Positions 23,821 to 34,247 of a stretch of 34,247 nucleotides of DNA are shown piece after piece. This DNA comes from Octopus bimaculoides (taxonomy: Eukaryota), in NCBI RefSeq assembly GCF_001194135.2, contig NC_068981.1, positions 71,010,001 to 71,044,247 of the forward strand, in the 5' to 3' direction. Under the pieces are notes generated by a model. That model had not been told where the DNA came from. It did no database searches and worked only from the letters and a program-made list of their open reading frames with translations. A program made the position numbers and the translations under genes. The first letter of the stretch is position 1, and every line of letters starts with the position of its first letter.

Positions 23821-24389
23821 ACTGATGTGTTTTCTTCTATTAAAAGTACATTTAATGAAAATGGAAATTACATTTAAAAGTAAATTGAAGCCATTTTGAC
23901 TTTAAATAAATATTTCCATAACGATGAAACATTGACATACTACAGCAACTAGAAATTTATGACAAAGAAGTTTTGACGTGTATAATCCCTAAATGCTTTG
24001 GATGTAAATTCATTTTGTATAACTCGTCCAGCCTTTGGAATAAATTTTAATCAGAAATGGATACTTAAAATGGATATTTAAAATGGATATTTAAAATAAT
24101 ACAGTATTTAAGCTGCGGCCTCAGGTGAAACAGTCTTTGTTAAAAAGACGTAATTTATTTATTATTGACATGTTTTTAAGTTACGAAACAATTGGTTGTT
24201 ATATTTGAATTTTTTTATTGCTAAATAAAATTTCGACTATTTCTCTGTCATTTATGACTTTATACACTCCTTATAGTTTTCTCTTTATCAAACTATATAT
24301 TCTATATGGTTTGTAGAATGATACATTCAGGAGCTTTTTTTATGAGTACTGCCGGATTGCTTGAATCAATATACTGTGACTTAAATAGG

Positions 24390-24428
24390 TACATACATAG
24401 ATGTATGTATATATATATATATAACATA

Positions 24429-24459
<31 letters not shown>

Positions 24460-24712
24460 NNNNNNNNNNNNNNNNNNNNNNNNNNNNNNNNNNNNNNNNN
24501 NNNNNNNNNNNNNNNNNNNNNNNNNNNNNNNNNNNNNNNNNNNNNNNNNNNNNNNNNNNNNNNNNNNNNNNNNNNNNNNNNNNNNNNNNNNNNNNNNNNN
24601 NNNNNNNNNNNNNNNNNNNNNNNNNNNNNNNNNNNNNNNNNNNNNNNNNNNNNNNNNNNNNNNNNNNNNNNNNNNNNNNNNNNNNNTATATATATAATGT
24701 ATGTATGTATTA
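24390..24712. repeat. (TA)n/(TATG)n microsatellite spanning an assembly gap
   Basis: Read directly on both sides of the N-run at 24460-24686. Confidence 0.85.
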
Positions 24713-25379
24713 GGTTTGATAGTTTCAATAACAGGGATAGATTAATCATTTAGCATGCTGGATTAGATAAAAACAATGATTATGCAACTTCATGCAATAT
24801 TCTATGAATCCCAAGCCTGTCATTTCATCGACACTTTCGATCAATGTTATACAGTTTCACATGGGTATGTATGGTTATAAATGCAATCAGTGGGAACGAT
24901 TTATAATGCCGTAGCGAGAAAGTAACCATATTGAAATACCCAGAGAAATGTACAGAGTAAAGCGATCAAAAAGACAGAAATACATGTATACTACTAAACA
25001 AAATCCATTGTGACGCTCAAACCAATTGGCGTACATGAGATAAAAGATAGATAGTCTAGTAGGTTGTTTGTGAGAAGAGCAAATTTGAGAGAAATAAGCG
25101 CAATGATATCCACAAAGGGGCATTAATTAGGGGGAATGGTTGAGCCAACATTAACTTCAAAGAAAAACAAGTAATACGAGAGAGAAGAAAGAAGAGAATG
25201 AGAGGGAAAAGTCGATAGTAAAATGTAAATGGATTACGAAGAATAGAAAATAGAAGTAGTGACGTACAATCAAGAGGAATGAGTAACATCCAATGAAATA
25301 CAATAGAATACCAAGTAAGCTCGGTCAAAATATAATAATACAATTATATAATACTATAATATATTGAAATAAAATAATT

Positions 25380-26625
25380 GCATAATCAAATCATTACAAT
25401 ATACTGAACAAGTAAATAATTACACAAGGACTATTGACTTATTAATTTTGCATCTCTTTAAAGTCCCAAACAAATTTTGCTAATGATGTATTCCGTAATT
25501 TGTGACTATTATTGAAGTAATATATGCGATCACTTTATCTCGACATGAAGTTTGACACTGAAGCACCCGATATAGTTGTATATTTTTTAGGGTGACAAAT
25601 ACACTATACAAATGGAACGGCTGTGTACTATTTTTGTCCGGAGACGCTGGTTGTTAAAAGGAAAATTATATCAACGTCTACAGTTATACATATTATCAGG
25701 TTTGGCAGGTAGTAAAGAATTATTAATTGTATTGTTACTCAAATTAATGTTATTAAGAGACTCAAAACAAACAGAAACAGTAGTGTTAGACCAAGATGCA
25801 ATATTAACAGAGGTGCTAGAGCTAGACAAACTTCTAGAATAATTAGATTCAAGCACATAATTTCTAATATTAATTTCTTATCAATCATAGTGGCTATATT
25901 ATTGTCTGCTAAATTAGGAATGATAGAATACGAAAATTTAACCGTGTGCCTGTTGAATAGTTTACATTTACTTAAACAGGGAAAGTGTTTTTCCAGTCCT
26001 CGGGAAAGGATTGCAGAAATAAACAAAGAGAAGAATATTCTGATTACGTGATCTACGCGACCCATTATTGTTTTGCGATGAGTATTTCAACTTGATACAG
26101 AATTAGGTTTCCCATTACTATTAAATATGTTTTTGAGTTTACAATTCTTACGTAGTTTAGCGTCCCTATTTATAATCCTATTACTAGTCTCAGCTGTAAC
26201 AAGGTCGTTCGAACTGTAAGAGTCCGGATTTTACTTTAAGAGAAAAATTTTAAAGGTATTTAGATCATATATATCCTTAACCTGACGGTTTTTCTTACTA
26301 TTATCATCTGGGATTATTGTTCCCACATTGAGTTTATAATTCTCACTAGAGTCACATGCATACCTGATCCTGTAATCAATAGTATTATAGCCGCAGTGAT
26401 TTGTATTGGTATCACAATTAAAATTAGCAGTACCATTATGTCTAGACCATGGGGGGACAAAATCAACCAATCGTAAGTGGAATAACAACTACATTATTGT
26501 AAATGTGTTTTATTTTACCAGTGTATCAAGCTTCAACAAAAACCATGTTGTAGACATCCGCAGTGAGAAAATTTTTATTATAGGTAGAGAATGCAGATAT
26601 TCTAGACAAGGCGATCCCAAACTAT
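25380..26625 (-). mobile_element. Degenerate Penelope-like retroelement fragment 2 (RT thumb, Asn-rich segments, GIY-YIG endonuclease)
   Basis: Frameshifted translation: SRISAFSTYNKNFLTADVYNMVFVEA*YTGKIKHIYNN (thumb), LEKHFPCLSKCKLFNRHTVKFSYSIIPNLA, a Ser/Asn-rich linker, YNCRR*YNFPFNNQRL (CNCR..CPL..CL), YNYIG, and SVSNFMSR*SDRIYYFNNSHKLRNTSLAKFVWDFKE. Confidence 0.8.
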
Positions 26626-26636
26626 AGATTTCATCA

Positions 26637-26765
26637 CATATATACATGCATACATATATACACGCATACTTACATATAACATACATACGCATGCATGCAC
26701 GCACGCACGCACGCACACGGACGTACACATACATACATACATACATATGTGTGAATGTGTGAATA
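26637..26765. repeat. Compound simple repeat (CATA)/(CGCA)/(GT)
   Basis: Read directly. Confidence 0.9.
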
Positions 26766-27964
26766 TGTGTATTCTAATGACGACATTTTTTGAGGAAAGG
26801 TTATGCTGATGGTGAGCTGTGACCAAAATTATATTATTATTTCCTGTGTGAAAATCATTGATGTCGCATCATTCTTTATTTAGGCTTCATTAAGCATGGA
26901 AGAGGTATAGCGATTTATACTAGTACTGTAGTTATCGCTTCCAGGTAAATTAAATTTGAAGTCAATATAGATAGAATTTGATTTCAGAATGTTAAAGGAC
27001 AAAACTAAATACTAATTCAGAATCCAACATTTTATTTGTTCGACTTCGAAGATTATCGAAAAGAAATCAATATCATGATTTGAAAAAAAAAACTTTATAT
27101 TATTAACACAACCACTAATTGGCATTGTTAAAAGAAAACATACTTTCAGAGCTTTCAGAGAAAAAGTCAATGCCAATATGTATTACCAAAGATTATATAT
27201 CTCACGTTGATGTTTTCAATCTAATGAACAAATAAGAAAAATCACAAGAATTAGCATGTAATTTTCTCTTGAAAATAAAGTGTCAAAAAGTATGTTTCCA
27301 GGAATTGATTTGTAATTCATTTGTAATTCATGCAGTACTTGTAATTCCTGTTGCTGCAAAAGTTTTATGGATAAATATAATGTTAGCTCTTTTTTAAGAA
27401 CTGAACCAACTTTCTTGAGGTCATCTTGCCAAATTGTATTTTTTATTCTTTATTAACCTCTAAAGACATGGTAATTTGAACATAGCGTATTTTCTGAGAT
27501 AGACTGAATGTTTATCCTGGTAATTTCTTTTCACATAATTTAACGCAACTGAAATCAAATCTATCGTATATTTCACAGAATACAATGTTTTTTTAATAGA
27601 AATGTTCTTTTTATAGCATATTCACCTTATATATGTAGACAGTGTTAACAGGTGGCGCTCATTTGAATGTAATAATCTATCATAATCTAAATATCAAGCT
27701 TTTGTAAGCTAAAAGTCACGAAGAAGTCTCGATTCAGTGCTAAAGTACTTAAAACATGAAAACGAGGACAAATGAATCATTATCGATTTCAAAAGACAGC
27801 ATTCCAGTTGTTGGCTCACCTGAACTACATAATCATTGTGTTAGCGTGTAAGTCACCATGTATTCCAGGTAAACATGTTTTCTTAATGTAATCTTTAGGC
27901 AGAATCTGCGTGGCACTGTGTGTGTGTGTGTGTGACATAACTTGCCCATTGGACAATTCTCTAA

Positions 27965-28035
27965 ACAGATTCCTCCTACCGAAATTCATTCATAAGGCTT
28001 CGGTCGACCAGAGTCTAAGACAGAAAACACTCAAT
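27965..28035 (-). mobile_element. Degenerate internal fragment of the same SINE family
   Basis: TCCTCCTACCGAAATTCATTCATAAGGCTTCGGTCGACCAGAGTCTAAGACAGAAAACACTC aligns loosely with 32831-32892 (TCCGTCTATCAAATTCACTCACAAGGCTTTAGTTGGCTCGAGGCTACAGTAGAAGACACTC); a (GT)n run lies just upstream. Confidence 0.5.
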
Positions 28036-28804
28036 ATACAACTCAGCTGGATCGAATACAAAATTTCATTTTGTGAAATAAACATCTTAACTTCTCGGCT
28101 ATGCATTGAAAACAATGTAATTCATAAATATCACATATGCCATCCAACATCTTCTGAAAGGAACCACTATGACGCAATTACATTCCCTCATATCCGAAAG
28201 CATTCTGGCATTTTACCAATTTTAAATCGTCTTTACATTTTACTTTATTTGAAATTCTTTCATTTTAGGTGCCATATCTAGAATGCAGGACATAAGCGAT
28301 TAAGTCCTACCACAACTCTCTCTTGTTTCCTATAGTAGTTAAGCTGAAATTAAAAAACTGAAATTCAATAAAACCTATTCATCTTCAAATTACACTATAT
28401 ATGTTAATTATTTAAAATTGAATATAACTATACATTTAAATACACACTTGTGTGATGCCATTTTATGTAACATAGAATTCTGATACTATTATAGTATATA
28501 GAACAAAATCTCTAATTCAAACAAATAAAATAGACGAGATGCCTTTGGTGAATATAAACTTATGACCCATCAGCTAAAATGTGAATATCTTATCTTGTTT
28601 CTTAAAGCAATCGTACAACTGTTATAATATGGCATTTATTCTGTGCATAAGAACTATAAATCTGATTATCATATTATGAAATCCCTGAGGGTAAAAATAA
28701 AACGTTTTCCAATGGAAAAAAATTATTTCCTTTGGAATAATTTAAAATGTTGGAATTATTTACTTCATAAGTTACGTTTTTTTAATTTATACATCAACCT
28801 GGCG

Positions 28805-29392
28805 AGTGAGAGGCTAGAACGGATTCAATAGTACAAGTATCTTAAAACTCAAATCTCTGATGAAACTAAATTGTAAGAAAGAAATTAGGACATGGCTAGC
28901 CATGGCAGGAATGTCCGTGAAAGAGCTTAATGACATCTGGACCAGCAAAAGTGTCCCAACTAAGTTAAAAACAAGATTAGGACGAGCGATCATTTGGCCA
29001 GTAGGTGCTTATGTTTGCTAAGCATGGACTCTGAACAAATTTGAAGAAAACATAATGAAGCCGTTTGAAATAGGGATGTATAGAAGAATGTTACGAGTCT
29101 CTTAGAAGGATCATCGAAGAAATGAATAGGTGAAGGATAACTCTTGGACAATATAAACAAAAATACTCATCTATTATGGTCATATTCGAAGAAGGAAAAG
29201 TTTGGAAAACATTATCATAGAAAGAAGAGTAGATGGCAGTTGATCAAGAGGCAAGCAAAGAACGCAATGGATGAACAGTGTCAAGATCTAGTTAGACAAG
29301 AGTGTCAAGGCAACTGAAGCACTTGCGCCTGATCGAGAAGACTTTCGTTGTAGTTTTATTAATGCGCTGCTTGCGATACATGACGACGGTGA
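28805..29392 (+). mobile_element. Degenerate RTE (BovB-like) LINE 3' fragment
   Basis: YKYLKTQISDE, IRTWLAMAGMSVKELNDIWTSKSVPTKLKTRLGRAIIWPVGAYVC*AWTLNK...FEIGMYRRMLRVS*, LIYYGHIRRRKSLENIIIERRVDGS*SRGKQRTQWMNSVK, APDREDFR. These are typical RTE post-RT motifs. Confidence 0.87.
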
Positions 29393-29849
29393 CTATTTTT
29401 CAATGAGATTCAAATGTAACATATATATATTATGCATTCCAGTGCCACAGCCCAGTATTCCTCTGTTTATAAGTAACAGTAGATACTTAAAGAGTGTCAG
29501 AGAACCTGGTGTTTTGTTACGGACATTACCATAAAGAAGTTTTTTTCCAACTGGGCAACAACTGGCCAACACATTGAGCAAGTATCTTCTTGACCCAAGC
29601 ATTCTAAGTTAAATTGGGCGGGCGGAATCTTTAAGGAAGTCACTTAAATGAACTGTACCTCTAATTTAAAAGTCTAGTCTCATTTTCTAAGATGTGATTA
29701 ATAGTTGCGTATAGCGGTACCAACTGAATATTCAAGCTCATAATCTATAATTCCGTTTATTTGGACAAATTATCTTCAAAAGAATTCTGTTGAAGAAAAA
29801 GAAACAGAAAACTGATCGTCGAAACTCACACAAGAGCTATTGATGATCT

Positions 29850-31855
29850 CTTTTTTCTTTTCTTCTCCCTTTTCGCTTCATTCTTAGGGACTGCGGTCAT
29901 GCAGGCGCACCGCCGTTTACTTTGCTACACTCTAACTAAACCTCTTCTGATATGTGACATCTGGTGGGTAAGGGAGTTTGATGTTGCTGCCCTCATCTGT
30001 GTTTCTTGCCTTGAGACAGGTTCATCTGGAACTCTTGAGAGGAGATCCAGTTTTGTTTGTTTTGAAAACGCCTACATCTAAGCCATGCAAGTCTCTCATG
30101 CTTTGTAGAAGGATACTGAAGAACTGTGGGTCTTTGAAACCTAAGTTGTTGCAGTATTTGGTCCTGCATCCTGATGGCAATGTTGGGATTTTTGGTACTA
30201 TGCAGTGGCGCCCAGTCCCGCTGTTTGTGTTACTAAAATGCCAAAGTTTGGTAAAAGTATTTGTAGGACCATCATTGTTTCCCTTTCTCTCGTTTTGTAA
30301 GTTCGAAGAATCCATCGAGCCAAGTGTCTGTATTTTAATATGCACCAAGAAAGATACATCATTACTCATGTTGATGCCAAGGTTACGTACTGATTTTGAT
30401 TCAGGGAATGCATTCCCTCCAGGGCCAGTGTATCCTATTTGCTTTTTATTGAGCATTATGTGTTGGTAGTGCAGGCCTCGGAATTTTCCAACATTAAATT
30501 GCAAGTTATTTTCATCAGCCCACCGGTATATTGTGTCCAATTCACGTTGCAGATGCACAACATCTCTGGGATTCTGTATCCTCTGAGAGAATTTTGTATC
30601 GTCTACGTAGCTGGCAAGGATGGTTACTTGAGCAGCTGAAGGCATGTCAGAGAGGGCCACTATGAATAGCAGTGGCCCCAAGACAGTGCGCACTGTAAAA
30701 CACCACTCATTATTTGTGCTTCCTTAGAGGTGGACCTGTTGGCCACCACTACCTGACTTCTATCTATGTAGCCATTCTCCAAATTTTCCAACTATTCCAA
30801 ATCATACAATTGGCCGACTTTGTCAATGGCTTTTCCAAAGTCGAGGTATATCACGCCCACATTTGAGCTGTTGAGCAGCTGCTTTAGTACTTAGTAGCAA
30901 TGCTGCAAGAGCTGTGTCAGGCAGCTTCTACCTGGTCGGAAACCGTGCTAGCTGTCAATCAGAAACTCATTCTCTTCAAGGAATGCAATCAATTTCCTTC
31001 GGACTATTCGTTCCATGACTTTACTGATGTGTGAGATCAGAGAGATAGGCCTATAGTTTTTAGCATTTGCTCTACTTCCTCCTTTATGAATAGGGCATAT
31101 TATTCCCTCCTTTCGTTTGTCCGGGAACTTACCATTTGCGAGAAAGTTCTGAAAAAGAAGTTGCAGTGGTTTTGCAAGGACTCCTTTGCATGACTTGAGA
31201 AGGCTTACTGGGAATCCATCGTCGCCAGTAGCTGAGTTTGTATCTACATCATTTATTGCTAGTATTACATCTTCTTCGATGTTGCTGTAATCAATTGTTA
31301 CTGCCTCCCACTCATATGGCTCGCATTATGGACATCAAAGTTTTTAATTTCATGTCTAAGTCGAGTGTAGAGAGACATTGGGACCAATCCCGTTTGGTGA
31401 TCTCTTTCTCAGTTGATTTCCAATCTGTTTTGTAGTAGTTCAGATTGGATAGATTTTGGGGTATTTCTCATAGTCTGTGGGTTCCTTTGATCCATGCATA
31501 GTCAGCTCTATTATGTAATGATCCGAGACTAGCGTCGGTATCACTTTCACATTATGGATGAAATCTACATTGTGAAGCAAAGATCAAGTATATCGTTTGC
31601 CCTGTCAGTATCATTTGCGCCATGTATAATTTGGTGAAGTAAAGTAGGGATTCCACATGACGTTATTCACATCGCATCATTCCTGAAACGAAAAGAGGTC
31701 CTCAGGCCATTCCACATTGGGCTGTTTGAAGTCTCCCATGTGAAGTACACTGATATGCTCTTCTATTTTGGTTAAGACCTCTTCTATTTTTGCAAGGCAG
31801 TCTTCCAATCGGCCTGTGTGATTTGAGGCATCTGGTGGACGATATGTATGTTCAT
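29850..31855 (-). mobile_element. Degenerate CR1-like LINE (APE endonuclease C-terminal half, RT, 3' tail)
   Basis: Endonuclease motifs: YRPP, MGDFKQPNVEW, LVSDH. RT motifs: GDDGFP, ICPIHKGGSRANAKNYRPISLISHISKVMER, HGFRPGRSCLTQLL, YLDFGKAIDKV, TVLGPLLF, SYVDDTK, LQRELDTIYRWADENNLQFNVGKF, VRNLGINMS. C-terminus: RHCIVPK...LGFKDPQFF. There are stops, frameshifts and internal deletions. The 3' end has a stem-loop and an A-rich tail. Confidence 0.92.
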
Positions 31856-32429
31856 GCATGTTTATATATGAAAAGATATTTCTTGATAAATAATTATCTT
31901 CATACCACAAATTAAGAACCTATACGTCAGGAAGTGGCCCGTTGTAAACCTATTTCACTACAAAATTCCAAACAATTCACAAATGACTGAAATAAGAAAA
32001 TAAACATACAGATAGATCGTAATCGTATCCTGCATATAATGAGCGTGGGATAAGTATACCAGTATTTGTAACCAAAACACCTCCTGAATCAATCCAAAAG
32101 GGGTTTTCAACCCAATATATAGATGCTGTTATTAATGCTTTACATGTACATCGAGATCCAATTTCAAAATAAAAGTTCTTCCACGATTTCTTAAATATGT
32201 ACAAATTCTTATGAATTTAACAAAATGTATGTATATATGGCGTCTTGACAGTGAATTTGATAGACAAAAACTGAGTGAAAACACGTCATATATACATATG
32301 TGTCTATGTGAGACAGAGAGAATGAGAGAGTGTGCTTGTGTGTTTGCATCACTATGTTACCCTCTATTCAACATGAAAGTCGTTGTTGATCCTAGAGTCG
32401 ATTTACTCTTCAAAGTGTGAGTATGTTTG

Positions 32430-32456
32430 TGTACGTGTGTGTATACGTAAATACAT

Positions 32457-32517
<61 letters not shown>
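32430..32517. repeat. Compound microsatellite (GT)/(TA)n/(GT)n
   Basis: Read directly. Confidence 0.93.
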
Positions 32518-32520
32518 ATT

Positions 32521-32967
32521 CTTCTTTATTCCTTTATTTATTTCAGTCATTTGACTACGGCCATGCTGGAGCACTGCCATTAGTGGAACAAATCGACCCT
32601 AGGTCTTATTACTTATTCTTTGTAAGCTTAGTACTTATTCTATCGAACCGTTAAGGGGATGTAAACATNNNNNNNNNNNNNNNNNNNNNNNNNNNNNNNN
32701 NNNNNNNNNNNNNNNNNNNNNNNNNNNNNNNNNNNNNNNNNNNNNNNNNNNNNNNNNNNNNNNNNNNNNNNNNNNNNNNNNNNNNNNNNNNNNNNNNNNN
32801 NNNATATATATATGACGGGCTTCTTTCAGTTTCCGTCTATCAAATTCACTCACAAGGCTTTAGTTGGCTCGAGGCTACAGTAGAAGACACTCAAAGTGCA
32901 ATGCAGTGAGACTAAACCCAGAACCATGTGGTTGGCAAGCTACTTACCATACAGCCACTCCTACGCC
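32521..32967 (-). mobile_element. Near full-length tRNA-derived SINE; the internal microsatellite falls in an assembly gap
   Basis: Minus-strand head GGCGTAGGAGTGGCTGTATGGTAAG (A-box-like) ... GGGTTTAGTCTC (B-box-like). The body is homologous to 23476-23820, and the 3' tail is GGCAGTGCTCCAGCATGGCCGTAGTCAAATGACTGAAA followed by (AAAGAAT)-like repeats. Confidence 0.9.
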
Positions 32968-32992
32968 CCTCTCTCTCTCTATATATATATAC

Positions 32993-33580
32993 ACTGATAA
33001 TAACTACAGAAATCAACCGCTCGAAGGCAAACAGGCTAAGACACCACGCGTTACCATGATAAAGAGCTCCAGCCTGTCGTGTTGAAGTCTGCGCTGCAAC
33101 AGTTTGTTTTGCGCCGAAATCATGGCAGCTACCCGAGTAAAAATAATTTCAATGCGGAGCAAATAATTCACGTGAAAAATAATTCACAAGAGATAATTTG
33201 CGAAGATATCATTGACTATATTATTATCTAGTGCAACAATATAAAAATGATAATAACAAAATTAATAATATAGGAGTTTGCAGGCCCCAAACAAGCATTG
33301 AATAGCTGAATGATTGAAGTTAATCAGAGGACATACTAAGTATGACTACCTGCTGGAAATAACAGTCAAAACTGTTATTTCAATCGTCAAAATAAACTGA
33401 TAGTAACTACAGAAACCAACCGTCTGAAGGCAAACGGTCTATGACAATCTCTCAGCATACATCCAAGTATTAAGACTCACGTGGATCGCTTTCTGGACAG
33501 GCATAATAGCCTCACCTTCTTCAGCACGCATTACCATGATAGAGAGCCCCAACTCGTCGTGTTGAAGTCTGCGCTGCAAC
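32993..33580. repeat. Local direct duplication (copies 32993-33100 and 33396-33580; copy 2 has 77 extra bp)
   Basis: Direct alignment, e.g. TCGTGTTGAAGTCTGCGCTGCAAC is identical in both copies, and ACTGATA.TAACTACAGAAA.CAACCG...GAAGGCAAAC is shared. Confidence 0.9.
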
Positions 33581-34184
33581 TGATTCATTTTGTAGACATA
33601 CATTCCTTTGATTAATTTTAACAGGTGTATGTGTGTGTGTGTTCGCAATTCTGAATATTCTCCCGCCTCTAACGAAGCTATAACGGATATACTTTAATTC
33701 CTGAAATCAACCATTTTTACGAATGTATTTCATCCAGCAATTAATTTCATCTTTAAAGATGAAAGAATTCTTAGTATTTTCATTTATAGAATTTCATATG
33801 AGTTTTATTTCCGATCAGGACTGAATGGCATATTCTTTGATCTAGGTATTCCATAACGTTGGCTTTCGAAGACAATCGAAGAACAAACGGATCATAACGT
33901 AAAATAGTGGTGAATTATATTCCCTTTCAACTTCAAACAAGAGATTAATAGTCTGGAAAATTATAATCAGAAAGAAACAAAATTTTAAAACTTGTTGATA
34001 TCAGACAGTGCAAAGTTTTCGAATAATATTTCTGATTTGAAAACTGAGAGATAATAATTCGTAGATGAAATTTCGAGTATTCGCTCCAAGATTCAATCTA
34101 CAAGACTATGTATGGTTGCATATTGTGTCAATGTGTTTCACAGAAATATGCTAAGATGTGTTCAGTAAGTATACGTACATATAT

Positions 34185-34247
34185 CTGTGTGCTTTTATGT
34201 ATGGATATATGCATATATGCATATATATATATATATATATATATATA
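34185..34247. repeat. (TA)n/(TATG) microsatellite running to the window end
   Basis: Read directly. Confidence 0.9.

Noticed and set aside
24054-24097. Three copies of the 13-bp unit AAAATGGATATTT as a CRISPR-like or regulatory array
   Set aside because: A simple head-to-tail minisatellite with no spacers, in eukaryotic DNA.
27646-27661. TAACAGGTGGCGCTCA as a CTCF site
   Set aside because: It lacks the 5' CC of the core, and a single partial match is expected by chance.
29529-29602. Minus-strand exon candidate (CLGQEDTCSMCWPVVAQLEKNFFM|GTAATG), Ly6-like
   Set aside because: The acceptor is mediocre, there are too few cysteines for a family call, and no partner exons could be linked.

Overview
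AT-rich eukaryotic (animal) genomic DNA from a gapped short-read scaffold with 7 N-gaps. It is most likely an octopus or other cephalopod, judged from my recall of the abundant microsatellite-bearing tRNA-derived SINE; this is an inference and was not searched. No host protein-coding gene can be confidently called. Most long ORFs in the track are artefacts of microsatellites or N-runs. The window is a transposon graveyard in intronic or intergenic DNA. It holds degenerate fragments of two RTE-type LINEs, a restriction-like-endonuclease (R4/Dong-type) LINE, a CR1-like LINE, two Penelope-like (GIY-YIG) retroelements, an internally deleted mariner with both TIRs, a DD37D (maT-type) transposon, a Chapaev3-like transposase fragment, several SINEs and many microsatellites. 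The most notable observations are: (i) a 3' stem-loop tail shared by the CR1-like LINE and two SINEs, pointing to a SINE/LINE partnership; (ii) a minimal hammerhead-ribozyme-like motif of the Penelope pLTR type, probably inactive; (iii) an 85-bp near-perfect inverted repeat; (iv) Asn-rich linkers in both Penelope-like elements; (v) a few weak plus-strand exon candidates. I found no evidence for a genuinely new system. The signals fit known mobile-element biology, with a few unexplained repeats left over.
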